This document shows positions 39,282 through 49,093 of a DNA stretch of 64,000 nt, in pieces (positions within the stretch are counted from its first letter, which is position 1; the number at the start of each line of letters is the position of its first letter). Source of the DNA: an uncultured Acidobacteriota bacterium (GTDB taxonomy: Bacteria > Acidobacteriota > Terriglobia > UBA7540); the NCBI GenBank assembly GCA_963804995.1, contig CAWDSK010000006.1:1568001-1632000 (forward strand). Reading direction: 5' to 3'. A program made the translations under genes and the position numbers. Below the pieces are notes generated by a model, which was not told where the DNA came from, searched no databases, and worked only from the letters and a program-made list of their open reading frames with translations.

Positions 39282-39581
39282 ATGCCGATGAAAAAACCCA
39301 ACCATCCCGGCGATCTTATCCGGGATTGTCTTGATGAGCTGAAGATCAATGTTACGGACGGTGCCAAGGCGCTCGGCGTGACGCGTGCGACGCTTTCCCG
39401 CATTCTGAATGGCAAGGCCAGCGTATCCCCGGAAATGGCCGTGCGTCTCGAAAAGGCACTCGGGAGTTCGGCGGGCTTTTGGCTTCGGCTCCAACTCAAC
39501 TACGATCTGGCGCAGATACAGGCGCGAAGCGCAAAAATTCAGGTGCGCCGCCTTGCTGCGCCGTTGCAAGTGGCGCTTTGA
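39282..39581 (+). CDS. higA: HigA antitoxin (HTH)
   Basis: HPGDLIR...AKALGVTRATLSRILNGKASVSPEMAVRLEKALG....WLRLQ..YDL. Confidence 0.92.
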   Translation: MPMKKPNHPGDLIRDCLDELKINVTDGAKALGVTRATLSRILNGKASVSPEMAVRLEKALGSSAGFWLRLQLNYDLAQIQARSAKIQVRRLAAPLQVAL

Positions 39582-39678
39582 CCGTTTTAGAGAGAGTGAA
39601 CTCTGCCCCCGCCGTGTTTCTAGCCCCGGAAGAAAAGTCTCTGTGGGTTGTCGCAGTCAGAGGGGTAAAATAGTTGCT

Positions 39679-39772
39679 GACCTCACCTCGCGCCCGTTGC
39701 GCTTCATTCTGGTACGTGAATACTTGATTGCCTACGCGCCCGATGGCCGCAATTCTCAGAGGCAGAGAGTAA
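39679..39772 (+). pseudogene. Second, internally deleted copy of the ParE-like remnant
   Basis: Near-identical to 38757-38821 joined to 38877-38906; a piece of the missing middle lies at ~39623-39659. Confidence 0.75.
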
Positions 39773-39886
39773 CCCCGCTCCTTCATTTCGCGTGTTTCGC
39801 AAACACTCCTTTGCGCAACGCAGGCTGTGGATTGTTGAAGGGGAAACGGTGTCGGGAAACGGGGGTGGCCCTGGAAACGGTACCTG

Positions 39887-40035
39887 GAAGCTGTGAAAAA
39901 ATTGACAATCTCGCGCAGAGACGCAGAGGCGCAGAGATACGAAATAAATAACTACTTTATTTTCTTTGTCGCCTCTGCGCCTCCGCGTCTCTGCGCGAGA
40001 TGCTTTTGCTCGTTCCGGAATTTCTTCACACGTTC
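39887..40035. mobile_element. MITE (GAAGCTGTGAA...TTCACACGTTC) with 3-bp target duplication CTG
   Basis: Removal gives hairpin GGAAACGGT-ACCTGAC-ACCGTTTCC; cargo is a CGCAGAGACGCAGAG inverted pair. Confidence 0.8.
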
Positions 40036-40101
40036 CTGACACCGTTTCCCCCACCGTTTCCCCCTTAGGATTGAGGAATGAAGGCCCCGGCTGGACGACG
40101 T

Positions 40102-41171
40102 TTAAGGCTTCCGCGTCGGTATAACCTTTCTCTCTCCAAAGTATACTGCGGAAACTTCCGAACGGCGGATGAACAGTGCCTCGCGATCACCCAAGGAGGA
40201 CAGGATCACGTAATACCCCTCTCCAGTCTGATCCAGAACCTTGACATTAACGACTGTCGAGTCGGTCCACTGAGGCTGCTTATCCAGATAGAGTACGGCG
40301 GGCATTGGGGCACCACCACCGAATTTCTGCTGCATCTCGCCGTAAATAAAAAACGTGTAGTACGAAATCAGAAGAACCGTAACGAGCCAGTTTCCCCAAT
40401 GCAATGCTTTGCGGACGGGGTCCCTGGCCCGGGTCACGATTGACGCCACAACCCCCGCTGCAAAGTACCACAGGGCTAGGTGCTTCGTCTGCCATGAGGC
40501 CTCGCTCGTGTCAAGCAGCATCGCGAAGAAAAGAAGTGCCCAGCTTGAAATGATAAGCAATACACAACCTCCTGGCCTCCTATCGATGTAACGAATGATT
40601 GGCACAAACGACGCGTAATACAACATGAGCGCCGCCGCCTGCAGAAGCTCCACCCACTCAGGCATGTCACCCCCGATCGCCGCTGGGCTTATGAGCAGAA
40701 ATCGCGAAATAAATCCCGTAACTATCGTGGTGAGTATGAATGCAGACAAGCGGGCCAGTTTTGGGCAAATGCCACCTCAGGGCTTCGAGGCACCGCCCAG
40801 GTAGGAAGTTCCACGAACCGCGTGAACCCAAAATGGAAAGCGGCTGCGGGTAGGGTGCTCAGGATAGCGAACATGAAGCCCGTGAAGAAGAGTCTCCCGC
40901 GAATCGGGTTGAACTCCATGAAACCGAACTGCGCCTCGTACGCAGATACGATTATGAACCCCACTCCGTACGTCAAGGCCAGGGCCGTGGCCGTCGCACG
41001 GGAGATGGCCTCGATTCCCCACTTTGGAGCGGGGGCCTGAGCATCGAGATTGTCACTATTTTCGGCCACGCATTTAGATTGCGCCGGTGCGGCTAACGCC
41101 GGGCGGAAGCATCCTCGATCTTGACAGTACCATGAAGCGGGGCACGTTGCTATTGCCGGTAGCGTAGACAT
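40102..41171 (-). CDS. Hypothetical multi-pass membrane protein, split by a probable frameshift near 40760 (start uncertain)
   Basis: Two overlapping hydrophobic ORFs (40722..41171, 40102..40749) join if one A is added to an A4 run. Confidence 0.55.
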
Positions 41172-41394
41172 CGCCCCTTATGTGCGCGCGCTTTGCGCTC
41201 CTCTGCGACCAACGTGGCCGCAAACAATCAAATCCATTTGGCCGTAAAACGGCCGAACCGTGCTTCTGGAGCGGGTAGCGCATCAGAGTCTCTGAGAGGC
41301 GAGACTCTGATGGCGCTACCTGCTTAAGATCCAGCAAGGAGGTATCTAGCAATCGTGCCGCGAGGTCGTAGTCTAATTGTCTGCTGCTGCGAAC

Positions 41395-41797
41395 TTAATC
41401 GGACATGTCAATTTCTTCTTGCAGCTGCTCATGGAGCCGACTTTCCGGCATCTTTAAATCTTCCGATTCCGGATCTTTCTGTCTCTCAATTTCACGTACT
41501 GTTTCACTGAGCTTCTGGAAATTGCTCCACACGGTGCCGGTCTCGGTCTGTTTTGAACCGATGTAGTGCTTCCCGGCTATCCAATAGAGATTTATCCAAT
41601 GGAAAAATACGCTGTATGCAAGCTCATCACTCAATGCGTCGAGCTTCACGGAGAGTCCTACCGTATCGAAGAAATCAAATACGTCCTCTGCCTCCTCTTC
41701 GTACGTCCTAGAAAGGAGTGCCTTTGCAGCATTCGACCGAGTGGCCCTGAAATTTGGCTCGTTGAAGCGCGCATCGAACTTAAGCACGATGTCAACT
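41395..41797 (-). pseudogene. N-terminally truncated hypothetical protein (DUF4760-like)
   Basis: VDIVLKFDARFN...DVFDFFDTVGL.VK.DAL....AY..FFHWI..YW; no credible start or RBS. Confidence 0.5.
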
Positions 41798-42538
41798 TCC
41801 CCAAATGGCTTTTGCTATGTCGCGAAGATCGTGGGACCTGTTCAATGGCGCGAGATTGCTGGCGACCATTACTACTGCAGATCGGTAAAGTGGGTGGGGA
41901 AACGGCTGAAAACGGACCTTTCAGAGACTCTTCAGAAGAAGATTGGCACAAGGCAAACATTTCGGGAGATCGAGGACGAGGGATGCAAGAAAGAGATTGC
42001 AAAGCTTGTTGGAATGGTGGACGAGGGCACTGGCGAACCGCCAGATCATGGCCAGGGCAAACGTAATTCTCGAAAACCTGCCGACCTTAGGGGGCAGCTC
42101 AGCAGCTATGAGTACGTGATTAAGGGTGGCAAGCGCAAAGCCTTTCGCCCCCACAAAGATTTCCAACTTCGTTTGGAGCGCTATTTGGTCAAAGTCGGCG
42201 TTTCTGATTTTACGGCGGAACTAAACTACGTCGACGTGTCCTTCTCACGTGGAGGACAACCGTTTATCGGGGAAGTGAAGGTTACAAATGGATATATCAA
42301 CTCGCGGCAGGCCTTTCGAGCAGCATTAGGCCAGGTCCTAGAGTACCGCTTCACTCGAGATTGGAAAGCCGCACCACACATGATCATCTTTTTGGATCAG
42401 GAAGTTGACGCCGCGAGATTGGCGCTCGCTGCACAACTGAAAATTTCAGTCGTCGTGGAAGCAGAGAATGGAGCATTCCAGCTTGCCAATTCTTATCAGA
42501 GCAATGTGATAAATTCAATTTTTCCACCGCTACCTTAG
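41789..42538 (+). CDS. Putative restriction-endonuclease-like PD-(D/E)XK protein, probably N-truncated
   Basis: C-terminal YVDV...IGEVK...RAALGQVLEY motif; lower GC than its surroundings. Confidence 0.55.
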   Translation: MSTSPNGFCYVAKIVGPVQWREIAGDHYYCRSVKWVGKRLKTDLSETLQKKIGTRQTFREIEDEGCKKEIAKLVGMVDEGTGEPPDHGQGKRNSRKPADLRGQLSSYEYVIKGGKRKAFRPHKDFQLRLERYLVKVGVSDFTAELNYVDVSFSRGGQPFIGEVKVTNGYINSRQAFRAALGQVLEYRFTRDWKAAPHMIIFLDQEVDAARLALAAQLKISVVVEAENGAFQLANSYQSNVINSIFPPLP

Positions 42539-42564
42539 CAAAGCGCCGCGGGAAACGGTGTCAG

Positions 42565-42682
42565 GAACGTGTGAAAAAATGCCAGGCCACGGATTAGCAC
42601 GGATTCGCTCGGATGAAAAGAGAGGACTTATCCGTGCTGATCTGTGTTAATCCGTGGCTCCGACCGATTTTTTCACAGCTTC
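42565..42682. mobile_element. MITE (GAACGTGTGAA...TTCACAGCTTC) with 3-bp target duplication CAG
   Basis: Inverted relative to 39887..40035, in the same type of hairpin; cargo is a CCACGGATT...AATCCGTGG pair. Confidence 0.8.
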
Positions 42683-42782
42683 CAGGTACCCTTTCCTCTT
42701 GGTCGCGTGTGTCGTGGGGCACCCATTGGCTTTTCAGATCTCCCCAAGACTTTTTTTAGGGCCACGTGCTCTTCCCTCAGCG

Positions 42783-42935
42783 GGGTAGCGCATCAGAGGA
42801 AGCCGCAGTTTGGCCTCCTCTGCGGTTCTTAACATGGAAACAGCAACCATGATATTAACATCCAAACATGAAATCCCATCGACGGACGAAGAGCCGCAGA
42901 CGAACGCAAGGAACGCGTACGTCTGCGCTACCCCG
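42783..42935. repeat. GTAG-type REPIN
   Basis: ggggtagcgc... and ...cgtacgtctgcgctacccc; right REP nearly identical to 38636-38673. Confidence 0.7.
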
Positions 42936-43123
42936 CTCAACCTGCTTGTCGGCGCGCGGCGCCGGTCCGAAGGCCGCCGCCCCGTTCTCAAAGAACTGTT
43001 TGAGCCAGCGATAGAAAACTGGAGTTGATGTTCCAAAGTGGAAACCGGAACCCGATCAAGCAAGTGCCGACGCAGAATGGTAACCTTTTCCTCGGGGGTG
43101 TGATGCTTACGTTCGTTGCTCAT
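42936..43123 (-). pseudogene. Degenerate IS3-like transposase OrfA, cut off by a REPIN
   Basis: MSNERKHHTPEEKVTILRRHLLDRVPVS, then a shifted frame with VFYRWLKQFFENGAAAF. Confidence 0.65.
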
Positions 43124-43206
43124 GAGTCCTCTCCGTTGTAGCTATCTTAACGGGAGAACTCTCCATTTTCACCTGACCCTCAGTTCATCCCCCGTAATAA
43201 TAAAGC

Positions 43207-43236
43207 TTGACACTAAGCGTTACTGATTGGTATAAT
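43207..43236 (+). promoter_or_regulatory. Consensus sigma70 promoter
   Basis: TTGACA-N18-TATAAT with TG extended -10 and AT-rich upstream sequence. Confidence 0.65.
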
Positions 43237-43735
43237 CCGGCTGCGCCGACTGTCGGAAGGACTGGGCGTGGAACGCACCGTGGGGAGGCCCCGCAGTGAA
43301 GCGTAAATATGAGACCGAAAACGCACCGTCTGAGCTGTTCATTCTTAGTCGACAATGTGTCGCTGGATGCCCAAAACGCCCAAAGCTGAGAACATATTGA
43401 AAACAAAGCGCGTCAATTCGCGATTTCTGTTTGCCAAAGCTGAGAGGTTATTGAAAACAAATACGGTTAGCAACGATATGAAAAATGGTAAAACAGGATG
43501 ACAATGTGTCCAGTTGGTAAGGGCCGAAAAGCCCAGAACAGCCGCTTCGCGACGAAGGAGAATTCGGAAGACGGTGGCTGGCAATTGGAATGAAGAGAAT
43601 GCCAGTCGGGAGCCAACTACCCCAAGTCCGGGCAGCGGATCCCGGCGCCCCTCCCCGGCCCGAAGAAGACCCCGCAAATCAAACTGCCCCAATGTTCCAA
43701 CCAGCGCGCCGATGCTACCCGGGAGTCGTTACTGC

Positions 43736-44719
43736 CTACTCGCCCTGGCTCAACACTTGGGGATTGACCAGGTTCGGGGGGCGGTGGCCATCAAAAAAGG
43801 CGAGCAGGTTGTCGGCGGCCAGGGAGGCCATGGCGAAACGAGTTTGCGAAGTGGCCGTGCCCATATGCGGCGTCAGGACAACGTTGGAGAGAGTCGGGAG
43901 CGTGGCGTGAAGTTGCGGCTCGCGCTCGTAGACATCGAGCCCCGCGCCTGCGATCTGCTTCGATTCAAGCGCCGCGACCAAGGCGGCTTCATCCACAACT
44001 TTACCGCGTGAGGTGTTGATGAGGAAGGCGGTGGGTTTCATCATCGTCAATTCACGCGCGCCGATCAAGTGCATCGTCTCAGGAGAAAGTGGAACGTGCA
44101 GGGTCAGGAAATCCGCTTCGCGGAGCAGGGTCTCAGGATCCACGAACTGCGCGCCGAACTCCTTTTCCTGCGCCTCCGTAAGGCGATCGATCGCATAGTA
44201 GAGGATGCGCATGGAGAATCCGCGGGCGCGACGGGCGACGGCTTGGCCGATGCGTCCAAATCCGTAGAGGCCCAAGGTCTTGCCGTAGAGATCGGTGCCC
44301 CACATCAAACCCCATTGCCAGCGGCGCCAATGGCCCTCGCGAACGAAGCGGTCGGCCTCCACCAGCCGGCGCGCCACGCCCATGAGCAGTGCGAAAGCCA
44401 GGTCGGCCGTCGCTTCCGTAACCACGCCGGGCGTGTTCGTGACCACAATGTGGCGGCGTGTGCAGGCCTCTACATCAATGTTGTCGTAACCTACCCCCAC
44501 GGTTGAGATGACTTGCAAGCGTAAAGCCTGCGCCAGCAGTTCTTCGCTGACTCGCCCGCCGGACAGCAGCAGACCTTCGGCCTGGCGGCAACCCTCGGCG
44601 AGTTGGGCGGGCGGGAGCGGCTCATCCTCCGGATGCATGGTCAAGTCACATCGCGCCGCGACGCGTTCGACAACTGGAGCGGGCAGCGGGCGGGTCATAA
44701 ACACTTTGGGTCGGCTCAA
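43736..44719 (-). CDS. D-2-hydroxyacid dehydrogenase (glyoxylate/hydroxypyruvate reductase type)
   Basis: VGVGYDNID, GLYGFGRIG, INTSRGKVVDE, GLDVYEREP and TPHMGTAT motifs. Confidence 0.92.
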   Translation of the reverse strand: MSRPKVFMTRPLPAPVVERVAARCDLTMHPEDEPLPPAQLAEGCRQAEGLLLSGGRVSEELLAQALRLQVISTVGVGYDNIDVEACTRRHIVVTNTPGVVTEATADLAFALLMGVARRLVEADRFVREGHWRRWQWGLMWGTDLYGKTLGLYGFGRIGQAVARRARGFSMRILYYAIDRLTEAQEKEFGAQFVDPETLLREADFLTLHVPLSPETMHLIGARELTMMKPTAFLINTSRGKVVDEAALVAALESKQIAGAGLDVYEREPQLHATLPTLSNVVLTPHMGTATSQTRFAMASLAADNLLAFFDGHRPPNLVNPQVLSQGE

Positions 44720-44885
44720 GAGATTCCTCCCTGTGAGAATTGAAGCCCGGTTGATATCACAAGGCCGGAAGGAACGTCAATGAGGGAAGAATAGAACCCA
44801 GCGCGGAGAAGGCATCGGCCGGTTAGTTCGTTGCCCGAAGGGGCGCGAGGGAATTAGCCCGTCAGTATCCGCTGCTCGCCTGACG

Positions 44886-45842
44886 TCATTCGCCCTTGCG
44901 GCGGGGAACCCCGGCCAGGAATTCTTCCACCGCAGCAGCAGTGGGCGCGGAATCAGCTCCACCCATGCCGAGCGTGGAAAGCGCTCCGGCGGCGTTGGCG
45001 TAACGAGCGGCCTCCGTAAGGCTGCGGTCGCGGCAGAGCGCGGCTAGAAAGGCGGCGGCGAAGCAATCACCAGCGCCGGTCGTATCCACCGGATGCACGG
45101 CGAAACCTGGAGAGGTGAAGGCACCCTGTGGGGACTCCACATAGCAACCCGCAGCCCCCAATTTAACGATGACGGTTTTTACGCCCAGGCTCCGCAAGCG
45201 ACGGGCGATGGCCATGGGCTCGGATTCCCCCGTCAATTGTTGACCCTCTTCCCGGTTCGGAAAAATCAAGTCGGTGTGCCGAAGAGCGGGTTCAATAAGC
45301 GGCAGCCAGCGCCCTTGCACGTCCCAACAGACATTCAAGGAAGTAATGCAACCCATTTTATGAGCGCGCTGAATTGTGCGTTCGAGCGGCGAACCATCGA
45401 AGGCCGGCAGCGCGAAGGCGCTCGCGTAATGAAAAATCCTGGCCCCCACAGCGAGCCTCCAATCGAGCATCTGCTCCGTGAAGAACGCGCTCACGCCCCG
45501 CAGGTGCAGAAAGTGGCGCTCCCCGTTTCCCCGCACCAGCACGATGGAAGTAGAGGTCTTCGCGCCTGCGAGCGTGACCAGACCGGAATCGTTGATGCCC
45601 TCGGCAAGCACTCGCTCGCGAATGAAAGTGCCGAAGCGGTCCTCACCAATTGCAGCCGCGATATGAACTTTTACGCCTAGCCGAGCAAGTGCGATCCCGG
45701 TGTTGATGGTATTGCCGCCGGCAGCAAGAACGACATCTTCCAGCCGCTGACTTGTTCCTGGGGGCGCGAGATGATCGACCGGCCGAGCCAGGACATCAGC
45801 GACCGCATTGCCGGCGCAATAAATTTCACACTGACCCTTCAT
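44886..45842 (-). CDS. PfkB-family carbohydrate kinase
   Basis: GGNTIN..IALARLG, VIVKLGAAG and DTTGAGDCFAA motifs. Confidence 0.92.
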   Translation of the reverse strand: MKGQCEIYCAGNAVADVLARPVDHLAPPGTSQRLEDVVLAAGGNTINTGIALARLGVKVHIAAAIGEDRFGTFIRERVLAEGINDSGLVTLAGAKTSTSIVLVRGNGERHFLHLRGVSAFFTEQMLDWRLAVGARIFHYASAFALPAFDGSPLERTIQRAHKMGCITSLNVCWDVQGRWLPLIEPALRHTDLIFPNREEGQQLTGESEPMAIARRLRSLGVKTVIVKLGAAGCYVESPQGAFTSPGFAVHPVDTTGAGDCFAAAFLAALCRDRSLTEAARYANAAGALSTLGMGGADSAPTAAAVEEFLAGVPRRKGE

Positions 45843-46109
45843 ATCAGCAAATCTCGTGGGACAGGGGTCGCTACGGGCCCCGTGGCGTCACATCTGGGAC
45901 AAGACCGACCCGGGCCGGGGGGTGATTATAAGGGTTAGTCAAGGAATGACAAGGTTGATTTTTCCGGGCAATAGGGCACAAAATTGCTTTAGGATTCCGG
46001 TTAGACCCAATTTGGCGAGTGGGACGCAGACCAGAATCGAAAGTGGGACAATTTTTCGACTGGTTAGACTAGAAGTCGCTCATCCTATGAGTCTTTACTG
46101 GGTCTTTTC

Positions 46110-46139
46110 TTGACGCCCTTTTTTGAGGCGTGATATTAT
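46110..46139 (+). promoter_or_regulatory. Putative sigma70 promoter of hppA
   Basis: TTGACG-N18-TATTAT with TG. Confidence 0.45.
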
Positions 46140-46263
46140 GCCGCACTTTCTTAGAATATCCGTAAGCCCTCCTAATGGAAGTTCTCCCGGTGACTGATTT
46201 TTGGAGAAGCCAGCCAGGCCCAACTTGGGAGTGCGAAGAGAAAGTTCGGTCGGAGGAATATCA

Positions 46264-48819
46264 ATGCTCGTTTCCGCTATTTTTGCCCTCAGTGTGTTCA
46301 CACTGATATCGGTTCTTTCCCTTTCCAGTTTCTGGAAATGGGTCGCGAGTCTTTGGGGGCCGCGCTGCCGGGCTGCCAAAATGGTAGCTTGGGGTGCAGG
46401 CCTGATGTTGGCCGCGACCGCCACAGGTTTCGCCGCCGTTCCCAATGAGGCGGCCGGCGAAGCCAATCTGAAGGTTCCGGACCTGTCGCAAGTTCAATTT
46501 CTGGGTATCGATGGTCACAAGCTGTTGATGATCGGTATCCTCTTTTGTATTCTGGGGCTGATTTTCGGCCTGGTCATTTACACCCATCTGAAGAATCTGC
46601 CTGTCCATCGCGCCATGGCGGAGATCTCCCAGTTGATTTGGGAAACCTGCAAAACCTACCTCGTGACGCAGGGCAAATTCCTGGCGATGCTCTGGGTGTT
46701 CATTGCCGCCGTCATTCTGCTGTACTTTGCCGTGCTGCTGAAGTATGAGGCGGTACGCGTGATGATGATCCTGTTCTTCAGCGTCGTGGGAATCGCCGGC
46801 AGTTACGGAGTGGCGTGGTTCGGGATTCGCGTGAACACTTTTGCGAACTCGCGCACGGCCTTTGCCAGTCTGCGCGGTAAGGCCTTCCCCGTCTTCCAGA
46901 TTCCTCTTCAGGCGGGCATGAGCATCGGCATGATGCTGATCAGCGTGGAACTCCTGATGATGCTGATCATCCTCCTCTTTATTCCGGGCGATTATGCCGG
47001 CCCCTGCTTTATCGGATTCGCCATCGGCGAGTCGCTAGGGGCAGCCGTGTTGCGTATTGCGGGGGGCATTTTCACCAAGATTGCTGACATCGGTTCCGAC
47101 CTCATGAAGATCGTCTTCAAGATCAAGGAAGACGACGCGCGCAACCCGGGCGTGATTGCGGACTGCACGGGCGACAACGCGGGCGATTCCGTGGGGCCGA
47201 CGGCAGACGGTTTCGAAACTTACGGCGTAACGGGCGTAGCGCTGATCACCTTCATCCTGCTGGGCGTCAAGGACCCGCAGGTACAGGTGCAATTGCTGGT
47301 CTGGATCTTCGTGATGCGCGTCATCATGCTGGTGGCAAGCGCTCTGGCCTATTTCATCAACGGAGCGATTGCCAAGGCCCGGTTTGCCAATGCCGACAAG
47401 ATGGACTTTGAAGCGCCGCTGACCTCTCTAGTCTGGATCACTTCCATCGTTTCGATTTCTCTTACCTACGTGGTTTCAGCGCTCATCATTCCCACCCTGG
47501 GCGGCGACTCCTCGCAATGGTGGAAGCTGGCGACCATCATCTCTTGTGGAACCCTGGCCGGCGCCCTCATTCCGGAGCTCGTCAAGGTATTCACCTCCAC
47601 CAATTCCCGGCACGTCCGGGAGGTGGTGACCTCGGCCAAGGAAGGCGGGGCATCGCTTGGAATTCTCTCCGGCTTCGTGGCCGGCAATTTCTCGGCCTAC
47701 TACTTAGGCCTGGCCATGGTGCTGTTGATGTCCATCGGCTCGCTGGTCAGCAATATGGGGCTGGCGAACCTCATGGTGGCGGCGCCGGTATTTGCTTTCG
47801 GCCTGGTCGCCTTCGGCTTCCTGGGGATGGGTCCGGTAACCATCGCTGTCGATTCCTACGGCCCGGTGACGGACAATGCCCAATCGATTTATGAGCTCTC
47901 GTTGATTGAGCAGGTTCCCAACGTCCGGCAGGAAATCAAAAAGGACTTTAACTTCGACGTGAATTTCGACCGCGCCAAGGACATGCTGGAAGAGGGCGAC
48001 GGCGCGGGCAACACCTTCAAGGCCACGGCCAAGCCGGTGCTGATCGGCACGGCCGTCGTGGGCGCCACCACCATGATCTTTTCGATCATCATGGCGCTTA
48101 CCAACGGCATCACGGAGAACGTGGACAAGCTCTCCCTGCTGCACGCGCCCTTTGTGCTGGGCTTGATTACCGGCGGAGCCATGATCTACTGGTTCGCCGG
48201 CGCCTCCACCCAGGCGGTGAGCACGGGCGCCTACCGCGCGGTCGAGTTCATCAAGGCGAACATCAAGTTGGAAGGGTCGGAGAAGGCGTCCGTCAGTGAC
48301 AGCAAAAAAGTGGTGGCCATCTGCACCCAGTACGCGCAGAAGGGCATGTTGAACATCTTCATTGCGGTGTTCTTCGCCACGCTCGCCTTCGCGTTTGTGG
48401 AGCCCTTCTTCTTTATCGGCTACCTGATTTCGATTGCGACCTTTGGCCTCTATGAAGCCATCTTCATGGCGAACGCGGGCGCGGCCTGGGACAACGCGAA
48501 GAAGATTGTGGAAGTCGAATTGAAGCAGAAAGGCACGGCTCTCCACGACGCTACCGTCATTTGCGACACGGTGGGCGATCCCTTCAAGGACACTTCTTCG
48601 GTGGCGCTGAACCCGGTCATCAAATTCACCACGCTGTTTGGTTTGCTGGCGGTGGAGCTGGCGGTTAAGTTGACCTCGACCAGCGGCTCCATCTTGACGC
48701 ACATCCTGGCCTTGGGGTTCTTCGCCGTGTCCATGTTCTTCGTGCACCGGTCGTTCTACGGAATGCGCATTCGCGTCAATGAGACGGCGCAGGTGGAAAC
48801 GACCAGCAAGGCAGCTTAA
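46264..48819 (+). CDS. hppA: Membrane-bound ion-translocating pyrophosphatase, K+-independent signature (start uncertain: 46201, 46264 or 46381)
   Basis: GGIFTKIADIGSDLMK, EDDARNPGVIADCTGDNAGD, DSYGPVTDNA, GNTFKA, GAAWDNAKK and DTVGDPFKDT motifs. Confidence 0.93.
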   Translation: MLVSAIFALSVFTLISVLSLSSFWKWVASLWGPRCRAAKMVAWGAGLMLAATATGFAAVPNEAAGEANLKVPDLSQVQFLGIDGHKLLMIGILFCILGLIFGLVIYTHLKNLPVHRAMAEISQLIWETCKTYLVTQGKFLAMLWVFIAAVILLYFAVLLKYEAVRVMMILFFSVVGIAGSYGVAWFGIRVNTFANSRTAFASLRGKAFPVFQIPLQAGMSIGMMLISVELLMMLIILLFIPGDYAGPCFIGFAIGESLGAAVLRIAGGIFTKIADIGSDLMKIVFKIKEDDARNPGVIADCTGDNAGDSVGPTADGFETYGVTGVALITFILLGVKDPQVQVQLLVWIFVMRVIMLVASALAYFINGAIAKARFANADKMDFEAPLTSLVWITSIVSISLTYVVSALIIPTLGGDSSQWWKLATIISCGTLAGALIPELVKVFTSTNSRHVREVVTSAKEGGASLGILSGFVAGNFSAYYLGLAMVLLMSIGSLVSNMGLANLMVAAPVFAFGLVAFGFLGMGPVTIAVDSYGPVTDNAQSIYELSLIEQVPNVRQEIKKDFNFDVNFDRAKDMLEEGDGAGNTFKATAKPVLIGTAVVGATTMIFSIIMALTNGITENVDKLSLLHAPFVLGLITGGAMIYWFAGASTQAVSTGAYRAVEFIKANIKLEGSEKASVSDSKKVVAICTQYAQKGMLNIFIAVFFATLAFAFVEPFFFIGYLISIATFGLYEAIFMANAGAAWDNAKKIVEVELKQKGTALHDATVICDTVGDPFKDTSSVALNPVIKFTTLFGLLAVELAVKLTSTSGSILTHILALGFFAVSMFFVHRSFYGMRIRVNETAQVETTSKAA

Positions 48820-48898
48820 GCATTTCGCGGGCCGCCTGTTTCGAGGCGTGCTCGCACAACCCAAGACGGTTTGGATGTTCACAAGGGCCGCTAAGAAA

Positions 48899-48923
48899 GC
48901 GGGAAGCCACAAAGCTTCCCGTT
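48899..48923 (+). terminator. Hairpin downstream of hppA
   Basis: GCGGGAAGC-cacaaa-GCTTCCCGT. Confidence 0.4.
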
Positions 48924-48945
48924 CTCAAAGCGGCCCTGTTTTTTC

Positions 48946-49083
48946 TTGGAGTGCGGCGACTCGTCGCCGCTTTCTCACGCCGCGACTGGTCGTGGCGTTC
49001 CCCTGCCACGACTTGTCGTGGCATAACACCAACCGCTGACGAGTCAGCGGTAGAAAGAGCGGGAGCGAGCTCCCGCACTCCGA
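48946..49083. repeat. GGAG-type multi-hairpin REPIN, left of the RAYT
   Basis: TTGGAGTGCGGCGACTCGTCGCCGC...GCGGGAGCGAGCTCCCGCACTCC. Confidence 0.88.
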
Positions 49084-49093
49084 AAGGTCCAAA

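Noticed and set aside
40070..42545. Integron cassette array
   Set aside because: No integrase and no convincing attC (RYYYAAC...GTTRRRY) pairs; the ORFs are in mixed orientation.
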